Assembly (NCBI RefSeq): GCF_001447785.1
Contig: NW_015175359.1
Coordinates: forward strand, 53,062 to 116,740
Reading direction: 5' to 3'
Length of the DNA: 63,679 bases
Source: Gekko japonicus
Lineage: Eukaryota
Made by a program: the position numbers and the translations under genes. The notes beneath the pieces were generated by a model that was given only the letters and a program-made list of their open reading frames with translations, had not been told where the DNA came from and did not search any database. How positions within the stretch are numbered: the stretch's first letter is position 1; each line of letters starts with the position of its first letter. Shown here piece by piece: positions 1 to 12,555 of the stretch.

Positions 1-498
1 AGCTGCTCCTTTTCACCCCACGGTGCTCACACATGGGGGAGGGGGGACCTTCGGCTTCTCCAACGCACCTGTCAGCCTCCAGAAGACAGGCAGTGGGGAG
101 CTGTGTCAAGGCACATGGGCTCCTGCTCCCCTCCACTGATGAGAAGTTTATTGCACTGTTCTGGTGGGATTTAACCCACCTCTCCGTTTTCAGATTTTGT
201 GCGACCCTCGGTGCACCGTGTTCTCCATTCTCTCTCCATGGCCTGGATCTGTGGATTTAACTATCCGCAGATGGGGTCATGTGGAAAATTAGATATACTG
301 AAAACTCCAGACTCTGAGGCAGAATGGCTCTGACTGTCAAATGCTAGACAGCACAGGAGGGTTGTTGTCTGCAAGCCGTGTCTATTGGCTTTACAGCACT
401 TGACTGGCCTCTGTTGGGAAACAAAGTTCTGGACTAGATGCATCATTGGTCTGATCCAGAAGAGCAGAGAGATTTGAAGCTGCAGCCTGGTGACTTAC

Positions 499-598
499 CA
501 AATTCATAATGAAGTACAGCTCAATAGAAAGGTACACAATAAAGAAGACACAAGACCAAGGATTTCGGGAATATGATGGCATCATCACATCAGGGAAA
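499..598 (-). CDS. TPCN1: TPCN1 coding exon 9 (pore and IS6)
   Basis: 100 nt, [42 protein letters not shown]. Confidence 0.96.
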
Positions 599-671
599 CT
601 GCACCCAAAAAGAGCCAGAGATTAGTTAGTATCAGTCATGACAGCCAAACATTTTCACTAACTATTTTCAC

Positions 672-1169
672 TATTCCCCAAAGAGCACTTTGGTCGGGGT
701 CACAACACCGGCTGGTGACCCCAGGCCCTAAGGAGGCCAAGCTTGTTGCAACAAGGGCCAGGTCCTTTTCAGTGGCAGCTCCTATCTGGTGGAACGAGCT
801 CTCGGAGAATATCAGGGCCCTGCGGGACATTTTGCAGTTCCGCAGGGCCTGTAAGACGGAGCTCTTCCGCCAGGCGTATGAGTAGGAGCCACCACTGCCA
901 CTGCCATTACCATCACCGTTCTCCAGAGAGTGTTACCGCCGGAAGACTGTGTGACATCTAAGCGGGGCCCAAGTCTTCCCCTCTGCTATGCAAAATGTGG
1001 AGTTTTTCTTTCCTCTCTCTCTTACATCCAGATGGAAGTGAATTCTTAAATTGTTTTTATGCATTTTATATATTGTAATTTATATGCACTTTGTGCTCGT
1101 GTAAGCCGCCCTGAGCCCGCTTGCGGGAAGGGCGGGGTATAAATGTAATGAAAATAAATAAATAAATAA
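672..1169 (+). mobile_element. L2 LINE 3' fragment
   Basis: L2 RT C-terminal remnant, GTAAGCCGCCCTGAGC...GGGCGGGGTATAAAT 3' end and (TAAA)n tail. Confidence 0.75.
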
Positions 1170-2457
1170 CTACTTAGGGTAAAAATGTACAACAGGGTTT
1201 GCTTTTGGTGCATCAGCAGCTAGGCTATTTTATGTGGAACACTAAAGCAGTTCCTCTCTAATCTAGCCATAACACTGTACCCTCACTTAGACGTAGCTAT
1301 TTATAGAACAATTTCTTGTTCTTCTGGCAGAATGTATGCCTATGCCCAACCTACTGGCATAGTTCAGATGCAACATCAAACCATCATTTGACAGTTAATA
1401 ATCCCTGTGGCTCAACATAACATCTGGACCAGGCCATGATGCTCTTGTACACAACCTAAAAGTTCCAAACACAGGAAGAATAACCTCTACAATCTTACCA
1501 TAACAGATTCTGATAAACCAACAGAGTTTCCATATGTGAGCACTCATGAGTTTGTTTTCATAAGGGAAGTGCTGCCCTTGCAGTAAACTTTGCCCAAACC
1601 CTGTGTGGCTCTGAACCTTTCACCCACTATCACCCACCAAGTATGCAAATTCTTACTGAACACCCCCCCAAAACCAAAATCAGGACATAAACACACACTC
1701 CAGACAAGGCAACTTCAATTTGTGATTATATATGCATGTGACCCACACATCTCAAGCACACATCTTATGTTGAACCAGCCAATTCCGTAGCTTTAGGTTT
1801 GATTCCTATTTGCAGTGTGTCATATTAAGGGCTGGAGAGATAAATCCAGGATCTGGGATTCTACCCATAGGGTGTGCTGCCCAGTCCAATAACAAGGCTC
1901 CTCTGATAGCTGTCCGAAACCTTGGCAAGGGAGGAGAAAGGGCTGCCTAAATTCTAAATGCCCCTGTTTGTGTATTGCTCCCTGTGGGACTTTATGGCTC
2001 CAGTTACAAATCACGCCCAAAGTACACTACACGGTCAGGAGTTCTCTCTCTGCGAGACTGTGCTTCCCTTCCCTGCTTCAGCTTTCCTTTTCTTTTTTTG
2101 TCCCAATAACTAAGGGTTCTCAATATTCTGTGGCTCCCGGAAGACAATGAGTGTGACTCAGTGCTTGCCTGGTCATTTGGGGGCTTGTTTCTTTCTTCCT
2201 TCTTTAAAATTCCTAATACTCACCTGTATACCTGGGGAATCCTCCAAGTGTACATGAAACCCCACCTGGTCAGTTTGGGGCCTTAGTTTACTGCCACACT
2301 GATGGGCCCTCATGTTTGCTATTAAGAATGATTCTCCCTCCCTTCCTTCAGCGACCTATTCCTTTCTGATTCAAATACTGACCACCCTTCAGGCTGTTTA
2401 ACAATTTCAAAGTTGGACCAGTTTCTTTGCCCAAGAACTCTACCTCACAGACAAGTA

Positions 2458-2692
2458 GTGTCTGTGTATGCGTGCGTGCGCACGTGCGTGCCTGCCTAGA
2501 AGTCATGTTTTATTTCTGGCGACCCCAAGTGGGGCTTGTACGTTTCAGAGAGGTGGCTTGCTATTGCCTGCCTCTGTGTCCCAACCCTGGTATTCCTTGG
2601 AGGTCTCCTTTCCAAGTACTTGCCAGGATCAGCCCCACTTAGCTTCTGAGATCTGATGAGATCGGGCTTGCCTGGGCTATCCAGGTCAGGGC
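2458..2692 (-). mobile_element. 5S rRNA-derived SINE
   Basis: Head resembles 5S rRNA (CCCGATCTC..GATCTCAGAAGCTAAG..GTACTTGG..GGAGACC..GGAATACC); CA-rich tail; related copies at 23068, 25426, 46695 and 48870. Confidence 0.7.
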
Positions 2693-2987
2693 TAAACACT
2701 CTGGCTTTCTCCAGCCAGCTGAGAACTCTGTTAAAGCATGCCAAACCTCAGTCCACCATATTATGATTTTTTTTACATTTATATCCTGGTTCTCTCCCAG
2801 CAGGCAACAGATGACTTACATAATTCAGGCTGCAATCCTGCATTTACTTATTGGCAAATCAAGCTTAATCCAATGGGATTTGCTTTTGAGTAAACAGGCT
2901 GAGGACTGGACAGTTTAAAAGATTCACTTTTAGTGACACACACACCCCAGTTCATCTTGGAAACTTCTCTTAAGCGAAAGAGCTTAC

Positions 2988-3046
2988 TTTGCAGTAGTCA
3001 GAAGAACAAAGAGATTCACAAGACTGTTCTCCAAGGTGTTGAAATA
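2988..3046 (-). CDS. TPCN1: TPCN1 coding exon 8 (pore helix, filter TTAN)
   Basis: 59 nt, YFNTLENSLVNLFVLLTTA+AA, CAG/GTAAGC. Confidence 0.95.
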
Positions 3047-3491
3047 CTGCAAGGCAAAAGCAACTGTTAGGCAACAAAGCCGTCACACAGTGTGAACTAC
3101 GGCAACACAACATCACATCAGCAGCTTTCTTTGCAGCTAACTGCTTGCTAGTCTTATAATCGAGAATTCTAAAGGCACTGCATTTGCATTCATTCCCACC
3201 CACTGGGTTTGGCTTCTGCATCAAGCTGCAGGGAAATTCCCTTCAGAAGTGCAGAATCAGCAGCCAGGGCCACTGTGTCCTTCCCCTAATCAGAAGTGCC
3301 TCCAGCAGTGAAAACTGCTGCTGCTACTACTTCCACCCAACAACAGAAGGGCTGCCAGAGAGGCCGATTCTCTCTCTGTGTGTGCCTTGTTTGGGTGGGG
3401 ACCAAGAGTCATAGGAAGATGCTACTTTAAAGTTATCCACATTATGCTTTTCAAAGGGGCCTAGATATTCAAGAATTTAGCGTTTACTTAC

Positions 3492-3526
3492 AGGGTCCGA
3501 TTTGTTAGGAGAGAACAAATAAAAAC
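3492..3526 (-). CDS. TPCN1: TPCN1 coding exon 7 (35-nt exon)
   Basis: GFYLFSPNKSDP, TAG/GTAAGT, phase 1 to 0. Confidence 0.93.
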
Positions 3527-4059
3527 CTAGAAAGATAGGATTGGGAAGAGAAGGAAGAGGAAACAAATTTTGAGTAACAAAATGATTTAAACGTCTCCTT
3601 TCCAGAAAAGGAACCACTCAGTTTAATTCTGCACAATGTTAAGCAGAAGTAATGCGGAACAGTAGCTGTACTGTCTTTTCCGCATTGGATCTGGCGGGCC
3701 AACAGGCCATGCAATTTTGGGCTACACAGACCGGACACATCCCATCTTCACCCCCCACCCAGTTCAAACCTGTTCTAATTCTGGCAAATGCCCAGCACTC
3801 TTTGTGCAGAGGCTGTTCAGAAGTGCACACCTTTCTCCAAGGATAATACCACCACCACCACCCAAAAATAACCCAATTCCATTCTACTTGGAGTCAGATT
3901 TTTTTCAGCCAGCCTTCTGCACACAGGAATACACTTCCTGCAAAGAGTATCAAATGAAGATATGAGTAGCAAGGCTTACCCAGATATCTTTCCCCCCCTG
4001 CTCTGCTTTTTTACAGAACTCATAGAAACAGTGGAAAGAGCCATCCTGGAAATGTGGAG

Positions 4060-4404
4060 GAAGAAGAAGAGTTGGTTTTATACCCTGCCCTTCACTACCC
4101 AAAGGAGTCTCAGAGCTGCTTACAATCTCCTTCCCTTCCTCTACCCACAGTAGACACCCTGTGAGCAGTGTTCCCTCTAAGCTGAGTTAGTGTGAGCTAG
4201 CTCAGTTTTTTTAGCCTCCAGCTCACACATTTTTGTCTTAGCTCAGGAAAGATGGCTCTAGAGCAAACTAATTTTATGCAGCAGCCAAACGACCTGCTCA
4301 CAACTTTAATGCCAGTAGCTCACAAAGTAGAATTTCTGCTCACGAATCAAACCCGGTTCTCCGGATTAGAGTTCTGCTGCTCTTAACCACTACACCAAAC
4401 TGGC
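4060..4404 (-). mobile_element. Squam3-like SINE interrupted by a truncated hAT MITE (4166-4343)
   Basis: tRNA head and (CTT)n tail of the family; middle replaced by a CAGTGTTCCCTCTAAGCTG element. Confidence 0.75.
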
Positions 4405-4653
4405 AGAAGCATATACTTTCAAAAATAATGCTTATCTTTTATATAATTTCCTTTGAGCAACCAAAACAAAAGCATTTTGCACACATCATCATCTCAGTCA
4501 CACCATTTAACTTAAGTGTAATTTAGAGCGATGTCTGTACTTCCGGTCCACCCAGGCTGTGCCACACACAATGATAGCTGGCCTGAGGAAAGTTTATGGT
4601 TGTTGCACAATAGTAGATAAAAAGTGTTCAGACAGGAACCTCCAGTTACATAC

Positions 4654-4742
4654 CAAGAATTGCAAAAATGACCATGAAGAAAAGTAAGAGAAGGAGAATG
4701 TCAATGAACGGAGGGAGAGATTGGAAGATCTGCCGCAGGTTT
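4654..4742 (-). CDS. TPCN1: TPCN1 coding exon 6
   Basis: 89 nt, [38 protein letters not shown], phase 2 to 1. Confidence 0.95.
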
Positions 4743-5840
4743 CTGGGGGGAAAAACATTTAATATAGTGTTAGTTATCTGAAGGGACACTTTCTTCCTTA
4801 CAGTCATATGAAGCTGCTTATCAGCAAGTCAGACCACTGGTGCATCTAGACAAATATTGCCAGCTATGACTGGAAGCAGCTCTGCAAGGTCTCAAGTAAA
4901 GCATTTTCTCAACACTTGCTAGCTGGGATCCTTTTGAACTCAAGACACAAGGTACCTAACCTGGGACCTTTTGCATTCCAAGAAGGGCTTGGATCCACAC
5001 TAGAAGTTTCTGTGCACGTAAAGATTTCTGCCCATAAAGCATGATTTTCCTGCCTCCCTTCTATCGCTGAAGCTCAACATACACCCCCTAAATCCTGTTC
5101 TGGGGGAGGGGAGACTTCCAGGGACAGAATTTTCTTGGGCATTTTAGCCTGCTGTCGAAAAGGGGAAGGAAGAAACTCGTGTTCTGTGGGTGAAAATCCT
5201 TACACCAATGGAAACGTTAGCCTGGATCCAACTCAATGTGCTTTATCACTGAACCCCAGTTCCTTTTCTAGAAAACACCAGTGGTTTCATATGAACATAT
5301 GAAAACTACTGGTGTTTTCTAGGACCAGTTTTTCAAATGAACATATGAAGCTACCCTAACCAAATCACATCATTAATTTATTTAGTGCTATCATATGTCA
5401 CATGCAAGCTAAAACAGGCAACTAACAATAAAAATGAAAAACATACAACAAATAAAAATAAAAATAATTTTTAAATTTTAGCAGTAAAATGTCAGGTACA
5501 TTAAAACAGATGCCGTCCTGCAGTCAATCAGTTTAGCTCAAATACCTTCTAGAACAGGAATGTCTTCCTCTAGCCAGTCTAACCCAATATTCTCTGCTCT
5601 TATGGGTAGCTGGTCTCTTTCTCTATGATTTTCCTAAGACCTGCCACCAGACTTCTTTTAGATTAAATTTGGGGCCTTATGCATGCAAACCACATGTACT
5701 ACGACTGAGCAGTGGCCCCTCCCATGTACCCTTAAGATCACCCAGATCCCCTTTTACATTAAATTTGGGGCCCTATGCATGCAAACCACATGTCCTACCA
5801 CTGAGCAATGGCCCTTCCCATGTACACTTAAGATCACCTA

Positions 5841-6076
5841 GAAGAAGAAGAGTTGGTTTTTATACCCTGCTTTTCTTTACCTTAAGGAGTCTCAAAGTGG
5901 CTTACAATCACCTTCCCTTCCTCTCCCCACAACAATCACTTGTGAGTAGGTGGGCCTGAGAGAGTTCCGCAGTAACTGTGACTGTGACCCAGCAGGCTTC
6001 ATGTGGAGGAGTAGGGAATCAAACCCAGTTCTCCAAATTAAAGTCCACTGCTCTTAACCACTACATCATGCTGGCT
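5841..6076 (-). mobile_element. Squam3-like SINE
   Basis: Same tRNA head, L2-like tail and CTT repeat as other copies. Confidence 0.75.
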
Positions 6077-7148
6077 AATGAGGCTCTAGCAAGGTGGCTA
6101 TCATCATTTGAAGTCCATTGTGTGATAACAAGAACTACAGCCACCTCCTTGTCTTGGAAAGCGCATTGGAACTCCTTTAGGAGGCTAATGAAGTGGTCAA
6201 CACTGTTTATCTGAGTGGCTGGGAACGTGGTGAGCCACACATACACAAAATGGGTTTGTGAAAAGTCCTTTGTTCCCCCCCTTCCTATTATTCCAAAAGC
6301 TCACATTGCCCATGTGTTTGTCTTACAAACCTTCTCTCAACACAGTCTTCCCTGCCATCAGATGCCAAATGCATCCAGTTCAAGTCTCTCACATTAATAT
6401 CAATTTTTAGCGCACTCTCAGTGCTGCAGTGTATTATACTAAATGTTAATGGAGACTTGAGAGGCACAGGAGTATGGGAACTCACGGCTGCACAGGATTC
6501 TGTGCTGAATATCAGACTGTTGCATTACCATGTACTCCTGACATGACCATGACACAAAATGCACAAATGGCGGTTGATAGGAAACCAGAATTTAAGAATT
6601 TAACGCTTGGAGTCACTGGGCCTGAACACACACACCACTGTGGGTGTGCTTCAAGTACATGTGGTATTGTACACTGGATAATCTATGGGTCAAACAGTTG
6701 CTACCTGTTTCATTACCTACAAAGAAATGTTCGTGCACTTCAAAAAGCTGACATGCGTGACTTTGTTGTGTATACCTGCCTGTAAGAAATGGCCAATATT
6801 TGCTTCATCACTGTTCTCTGAAATGAAGTTAGGTTAAACTGACCAGGTTTATTCATAGCATCTAAAATCTCTACCTTAACGCTTATATGCATATTTGTTC
6901 TTTCATTAGGAATAAACCAGTACCAAGTACCCAACTGCCAGAATGTCCACTCCTTTGCCTTTTCATCATGCTCTAAACACATAAAACTTCTGAAATCAGG
7001 CTAGTCCGCTTCCCAAATTAAAGACATAGTCAATATTAAGGGGAATAGGTTTACTTTCTACTGCTTTTGTGAAAAGGGAACTGAGACAGAGCACTGGCAG
7101 TTGTGCTGCAGCTACAGCATAGTGCCCAAAGGCCAGGCAGCCGAGTAC

Positions 7149-7279
7149 CTTCGGACAGCTCCGCAGTAACGACAGTCCACTAGGAAGATACAACGCAAGG
7201 CTCTCGTGATCCGGACGTGTGACGTCTGGCGCACCAACACCACTATCGCCTCGATGAACTGCAGCAACAGCACACAGGT
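7149..7279 (-). CDS. TPCN1: TPCN1 coding exon 5 (domain I S3-S4)
   Basis: 131 nt, [43 protein letters not shown]+AG, CAG/GT. Confidence 0.96.
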
Positions 7280-7819
7280 CTGCCAAGAACAGAAGCCACA
7301 GAAGAGGACAATTGGCACTTCCAAAGCACACCCTCATCAGACCGGCAACACGAGAGCTCTACAAAAATTGTGCCTTGGTTTTAAAATGGGGGGGGGGGCA
7401 GTGTGTGAAGCAGGCTACCTTGTAAGAAAAATAAGGTTACCTAAAGAATTTAACAATCATAATGGGATTGGAAGGCACATGCAGAGGAAAGCCCAGGAAT
7501 TGGTAGACATTTGCAAACCTGTAGAAGCCAATGGTGAAAGTGTGGAAAGAGGAAGACTGTGCAGAATTTCCAGAGGTCAGGGCTTCAGTGCTTTCCATAG
7601 TACTTTGCCCCTTCTTATGAGAAGCAGAATAAATTGCACAGATACAACATATACAAATATGTAAATTTAAATTGCACAATTCCTATAGGTCACGGAATTC
7701 TCCTTTTCTCGATGGAAAATTTTAATTTTTCAGAATAGACTACACAAAGCCCAAGGTGCAACTAGTGCAACAGGACCTCAAAAGAACATACATACACTCC
7801 AGGATTATCAAGACAAGAA

Positions 7820-8140
7820 ACAGCCATTCTAGAAAGATGAGCCAAATTAACTGTCTTGAGTCTATGATGCAAAAACAGAGATGGTGATCACACTCTTTGA
7901 AAGGGGATTAGACAAATTTATGGGATGATATAGAGCTATTAGCCATGATAGCTAAATGGAACCTCCATATACAGAGGCAGTATACCTCTGCGTACCAACA
8001 ACTGAGAGGCAAAACAGAGGGCAGGAGGATTCCTTTCTACCTGCAAGTTTCTTGGAAGTATCTAGGGGCCCAGTGACGAAAACAGAATGCTAAACTAGAT
8101 GAATCTTTGAGCTAAATGAGAGGGGCTTTTTTTATGTTCT
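7820..8140 (+). mobile_element. CR1 LINE 3' fragment
   Basis: TTTGAAAGGGGATTAGACAAATTTATGG and CR1 3' UTR with TTATGTTCT end. Confidence 0.6.
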
Positions 8141-9046
8141 CTGCAAACATAATCGCTTAGAAATGACAGTCTGCCTTTGGATGAAAAGCCTTCCTGGCAC
8201 TCTGCTTTCAAATAATACTCTCAACAACTTACCGTCATAACAGACATACTAAACCATTTGTAAATTTATACCTGTGCGTCTGTGGCTTGAAAACAGCAAA
8301 GATTATTGTCCATTATGCATTTTACGCCTCCCCCCCAAAAAAAAAGATTCGTTTCAGGGCTTTTATAATAGGCATACTATAAAAGTTCAGCTTTAAGAAA
8401 GATTTTGCTACCTTCTTTGGGAGTTAAAGAAGAGAAGGGGGGGGGAGATTGTGCAATGGGAAAAAGAGTTTTTATTATGTGTCACTTGGACCCCTATGTT
8501 TCTCATGCTGTTTCGTTAGATCAGTAAGGCAACTGTCTTTCAGAATGTTCTCACTATAATAAACTGTAGCATTTTTTGTCTTCTTTGAGACTTAGACAAA
8601 AATGCTATTTTAATACCACATTACTCATAGTAGCTACCCAGAAAATAAGGCAAAAACATATTTTGCTATACACCGCTAACATTCTATAGAAGCAGTGGCC
8701 AGATTCTGAGATTATCTAAATTTATAGAATATATTTAATATAGACTGGAGAATCATAACTTTAATACATGCAGCCACTTTTTGTATACTTTCGTATGGCA
8801 CAGAGCACTCAATCCAATGAACTCTCTTCACATTTTTTAGGACGTGCAGCTTAAAAACTAAACAAATAACTAAAATGCTTGTTAGATCAACAAGTATGGC
8901 TCTGATGGAAAGAATTAAAGCAGTGCCTAGTAGAAGTTTTAAAATATAAAGTGTACAGAACAGTTGTGCACACACAGAAGTAGTGAATTAGTAACGACAG
9001 CATAAACACTAAGATCAATAGGAATGATCAAATTATAAATGATGAT

Positions 9047-9313
9047 GAAGAAGAAGAGATTGGATTTATACCCCGCCCTTCACTACCCAAAGGTGTCTCA
9101 GAGCGGCTTACAAACTCCTTTCCCTTCCCCTCCCCACAACAGACACCCTGTGAGGTAGTTGGGGCCGAGAGAGCTCTGATAGAAACTGCTCTTTTTTCAA
9201 GAACAGCTCTTATCAGAGTTATGGCTTGCCAGGTGCAAGTGGAGGAGTGGGGATTCAAACCCGGTTCTCCCAGATTAGAGTCCACGCACTTAACCACTAC
9301 ACCAAACTGGCTC
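9047..9313 (-). mobile_element. Squam3-like SINE
   Basis: Full length; TSD TAAATGATGA on both sides. Confidence 0.8.
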
Positions 9314-9388
9314 TAAATGATGACAGCAAGGAAGTAACAAGGAATAAAATCACTTGAAAATAAGTACCTAAAAAGCAAAATTGTAGTG

Positions 9389-10292
9389 CAGGGGTCTTCA
9401 ACGTGGTGCCTGTGGGTACCATGCTGCCCAGCAACACTTTTTCTGGTGTCCAATAAACGTTTTCAGAAAGTGGGTGGGGCCAGGGGCACTTTTGCCCAGC
9501 AAGGCTTCAGCTGTAAATGCCGCCACAGCACAAGGATCTTCACTGTATGACTGATGGTAAGCTGCGGCAGGGTCCCCCTCCTGTGGCAGCCATTTTGTGG
9601 CAGGCATTTCATGGTTGTGCCCAGGGCCTTATTTGTAGAAAAAGCCCAGCAGGAACTCATGAGCATAACAGGTCACACCCAACAGCTGAAACTCATTAGC
9701 ATATTAGGCCACACCCTGCCACCACAGCTCATTAGCATATTAGGCTGCAGCCCCATGTTGCTAAAAGTGTGGTCATCCAGCCACACCCACCTTTTGCTTC
9801 TTATTCTGTTTACCTTGTTTGTTGTCAAAACCCAGGGCCTTTTTTTGTAGCAGGGACTCCTTTGCATGTTAGGCCACAGACACGCCTACTGTAGCCAATC
9901 CTAATGAGTTTCTGCTGTTGGGTGTGGCCGATTATGCTAATGAGTTCCTGCTGGGTGTGGCCAACTCAGGAGCCAGCCGGAACTCCGTTCCTGTGCGTTC
10001 CTGCCCAAAAATAGCCCTGGTTGTGCCCATTACACTGTGTCAGAATTCCCACAGGCTCAAAAAGATTGGGGACTAGTGTTCCCTCTAAGCTGAGTTAGTG
10101 TGAGGTAGCTCCCAGTTTTCTAGCCTCCGGCTCACACATTTTTGCCTTAGCTCAGGAAGGACAGCTCCAAAGCAAACTAATTTATGCAGTAGCCAAATCA
10201 CTCGCTCACAACTTTGATGCCGGTAGCTCACAAAGTAGCATTTTTGCTCACAAGACTCTGCAGCTTAGAAGGAGCATTGTTGGGGACCCCTG
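9389..10292 (+). mobile_element. Non-autonomous hAT element hosting two nested hAT MITEs (9622-10019 and 10074-10279)
   Basis: Host TIR CAGGGGTC...GACCCCTG; inner TSDs GTTGTGCC and TTGGGGAC are exact. Confidence 0.82.
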
Positions 10293-10559
10293 TTGTAGGA
10301 GCTTGATAAAGGTAGTTTGACAGGAGTCAAACACAGCCTGCTGTTCTACAGAATAACCCATCGATGCACAAAGGGTTGGGAAGAGTTGCCCAAGCCACTT
10401 TTTAAAGTCAAGAAGGAAACAAAAAGGTCTCTCAGAACATCTCACCAGCCCATCCACACCCTATCAAAATTGTCATGGCTCAGACAGCACAGATAAGAGT
10501 CCATTCTGGTTCCTGCAAAAGGCCGGATCAAGTAGGCAAGAGGGTTACCAGCGGTTCAC

Positions 10560-10673
10560 CTTGACCATGGTCCTTTTGTGCCGAATATAGGTGTGGAAGC
10601 CCAACCATCTCATTTTCATAGACAGCTCAAACACTACTATTGCCAAGGCAAGCAGCTCCAGGGTAGCATGAAT
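10560..10673 (-). CDS. TPCN1: TPCN1 coding exon 4
   Basis: 114 nt, [43 protein letters not shown]. Confidence 0.96.
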
Positions 10674-10970
10674 CTGGAATTGGACAAGCAAGAGGGTTGA
10701 ACACTCATCGTTTCACCAGCTCAAGTCACAAAAACATTAAAGTATAGACAATGGTCCAGCGATCTAAGTGGGAGGGGGAGACATGACTACAGTAGTGAAA
10801 CAGCAAACTATCATTTCCAAATTAAGCCTTTAAGTGATGTTTTTAAAACTCGAACAGGAGTGCAGCTGGATTAAGAATATTCTGCAACCTCCCAGCCAGA
10901 GCAGCTATACTAAATGCCTTTTAAAAAATTTTCTCATGTCACAGACATAGGGTAGCTGAAAGGGGTAGAA

Positions 10971-11109
10971 CAGCTAGATTTGAGTCCAGTAGCGCCTTAG
11001 AGACCAACAAGATTTTGGGGGGTATGAAGGGAGCTTTGACTTTTGAAAGCTAACACCCTAAAAATCTTGTTAGTCTCTAAGGTGCTACTGGACTTAGAAC
11101 TCATAGCTG
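10971..11109. mobile_element. Penelope-like tail-to-tail inverted remnant (hairpin)
   Basis: About 40-bp arms AGTCCAGTAGCGCCTTAGAGACCAACAAGATTTT / AAAATCTTGTTAGTCTCTAAGGTGCTACTGGACT, the same terminus as other Penelope ends in the window. Confidence 0.65.
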
Positions 11110-11668
11110 ATAGCATGTCTTGGCATTGGGAGGAAGCCAAGATGTCTGAATGGTTCTGGCCTTGTGGAAAATAACAGAGTCTAAACTCCTGTGTGTTTTG
11201 CGATTCCTCCCTGGGACAAAGTGATTTGTTGTTACTTCTTCCTTGAAAAAGAGAGGAAAGTTGTATTCGGAACTCAGAGGGACTTTAGCTGTTTACATAG
11301 TTTTGAACCCGCCATTCCTTGTTTTTTTAATTTAAAAAAGTACTACAAATTGGCATGATGCTTGAAAACCCAATTATTTTACCCACTGATAAGATGTTCA
11401 CAATGGGCATCTCTTCTTTTAGTGGATCGTCAACTTTCAGCCTGTTCAGGTAACTGGACACAGGGCTTGCCTGAGTGTCTTCTGTTCTAACTCTTTTTGC
11501 CCCACTAAAAGGGCAAGCCTGTGACACTGGTCCTCAGTTATTTTAGAAAATATTCTTCTTAGCTCCATTAGTCTACCCATTCCATTACATAGTCACGCCT
11601 TCCATCCTTTTGCTTGTGTCCCCCTTGGCCTGGAGATCCCTCCTTCATTCTTTCCCCAAGGTACGTAC

Positions 11669-11845
11669 ATAGATGCCAAGTCGAAGCATGGGCACTGCGG
11701 GTGCCTCACAGAGGGACAGCAGCAGGAGCAGCAGGGCCGTAGTCAGCTCCATTAGGTAAAAGAGATGATTGTGGACAAAGAGGTAGGCCGCAAGTGCTTT
11801 GGCATCCTTGGGGTGCGTGAAGAATTTGTCATTGTTTTCTCCTTC
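11669..11845 (-). CDS. TPCN1: TPCN1 coding exon 3
   Basis: 177 nt, [62 protein letters not shown] acceptor and GTACGT donor. Confidence 0.96.
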
Positions 11846-11854
11846 CTAACATAA

Positions 11855-12147
11855 AAGAAGAAGAGATTGGATTTATATCCTACCCTTCACTACCTAAAGG
11901 AGTCTCAGAGCGGCTTACAATCTCCTTTCCCTTCCCCTCCCCACAACAGGCACCCTGTGAGGTAGGTGGGCCTGAGAGAGATCTTTCGAGAACTGCCCTT
12001 GAGAGAACAGCTCCGAGAGAACAGCTCCAAGAGAACTTGTGACTGATCCAAGGTCACACCAGCAGCTGCATGTGGAGGAGTAGGGAATCAAACCCAGTTC
12101 TCCCAGATTAGAGTCCGTGCTCTTCACCACCACACTAAATTGGCTCT
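11855..12147 (-). mobile_element. Squam3-like SINE abutting the TPCN1 acceptor
   Basis: Full-length family match; tail ends about 10 nt from the AG at 11847-11846. Confidence 0.82.
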
Positions 12148-12555
12148 CAGCAAAGAAATCCAAAACAAAGAAATCCAAAACACAAAGTCATGTGAATGAC
12201 AGGCAGCACCATGTAACTTCCTTTATTCCTCCTATTGAAAAGTAATGACTTTTTGTTTCACAAGCCAGCAACAGAATCCTGAGGGGACAGACCGAGCTCC
12301 TCGGCTCCTGCCCTCCTCTGTGCCTGAGGCACTGAAAATGTTGTGTTTTTTTTTGGGGGGGGGGAAGGACTATGACTCACTTGATCCATATTGTGTGAGA
12401 TTTTTAGCACTCTTTATTGATCAGCAAGCCTTTTATTTTAAGCTGTTTTGGGGCCTCCTTGCTTGCGGGAGATAGACAAAGAAAAAGCATTTTAAAAATA
12501 AATCAATAAAATAAATTGAGGCTAGGAGATGGTCAATGCCATCTTAAGCCAAATT

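Noticed and set aside
2590-2680. Possible 5S rRNA genes (also 23090, 25450, 48900)
   Set aside because: Diverged, with a non-5S 5' end and SINE tail; these are 5S-derived SINEs
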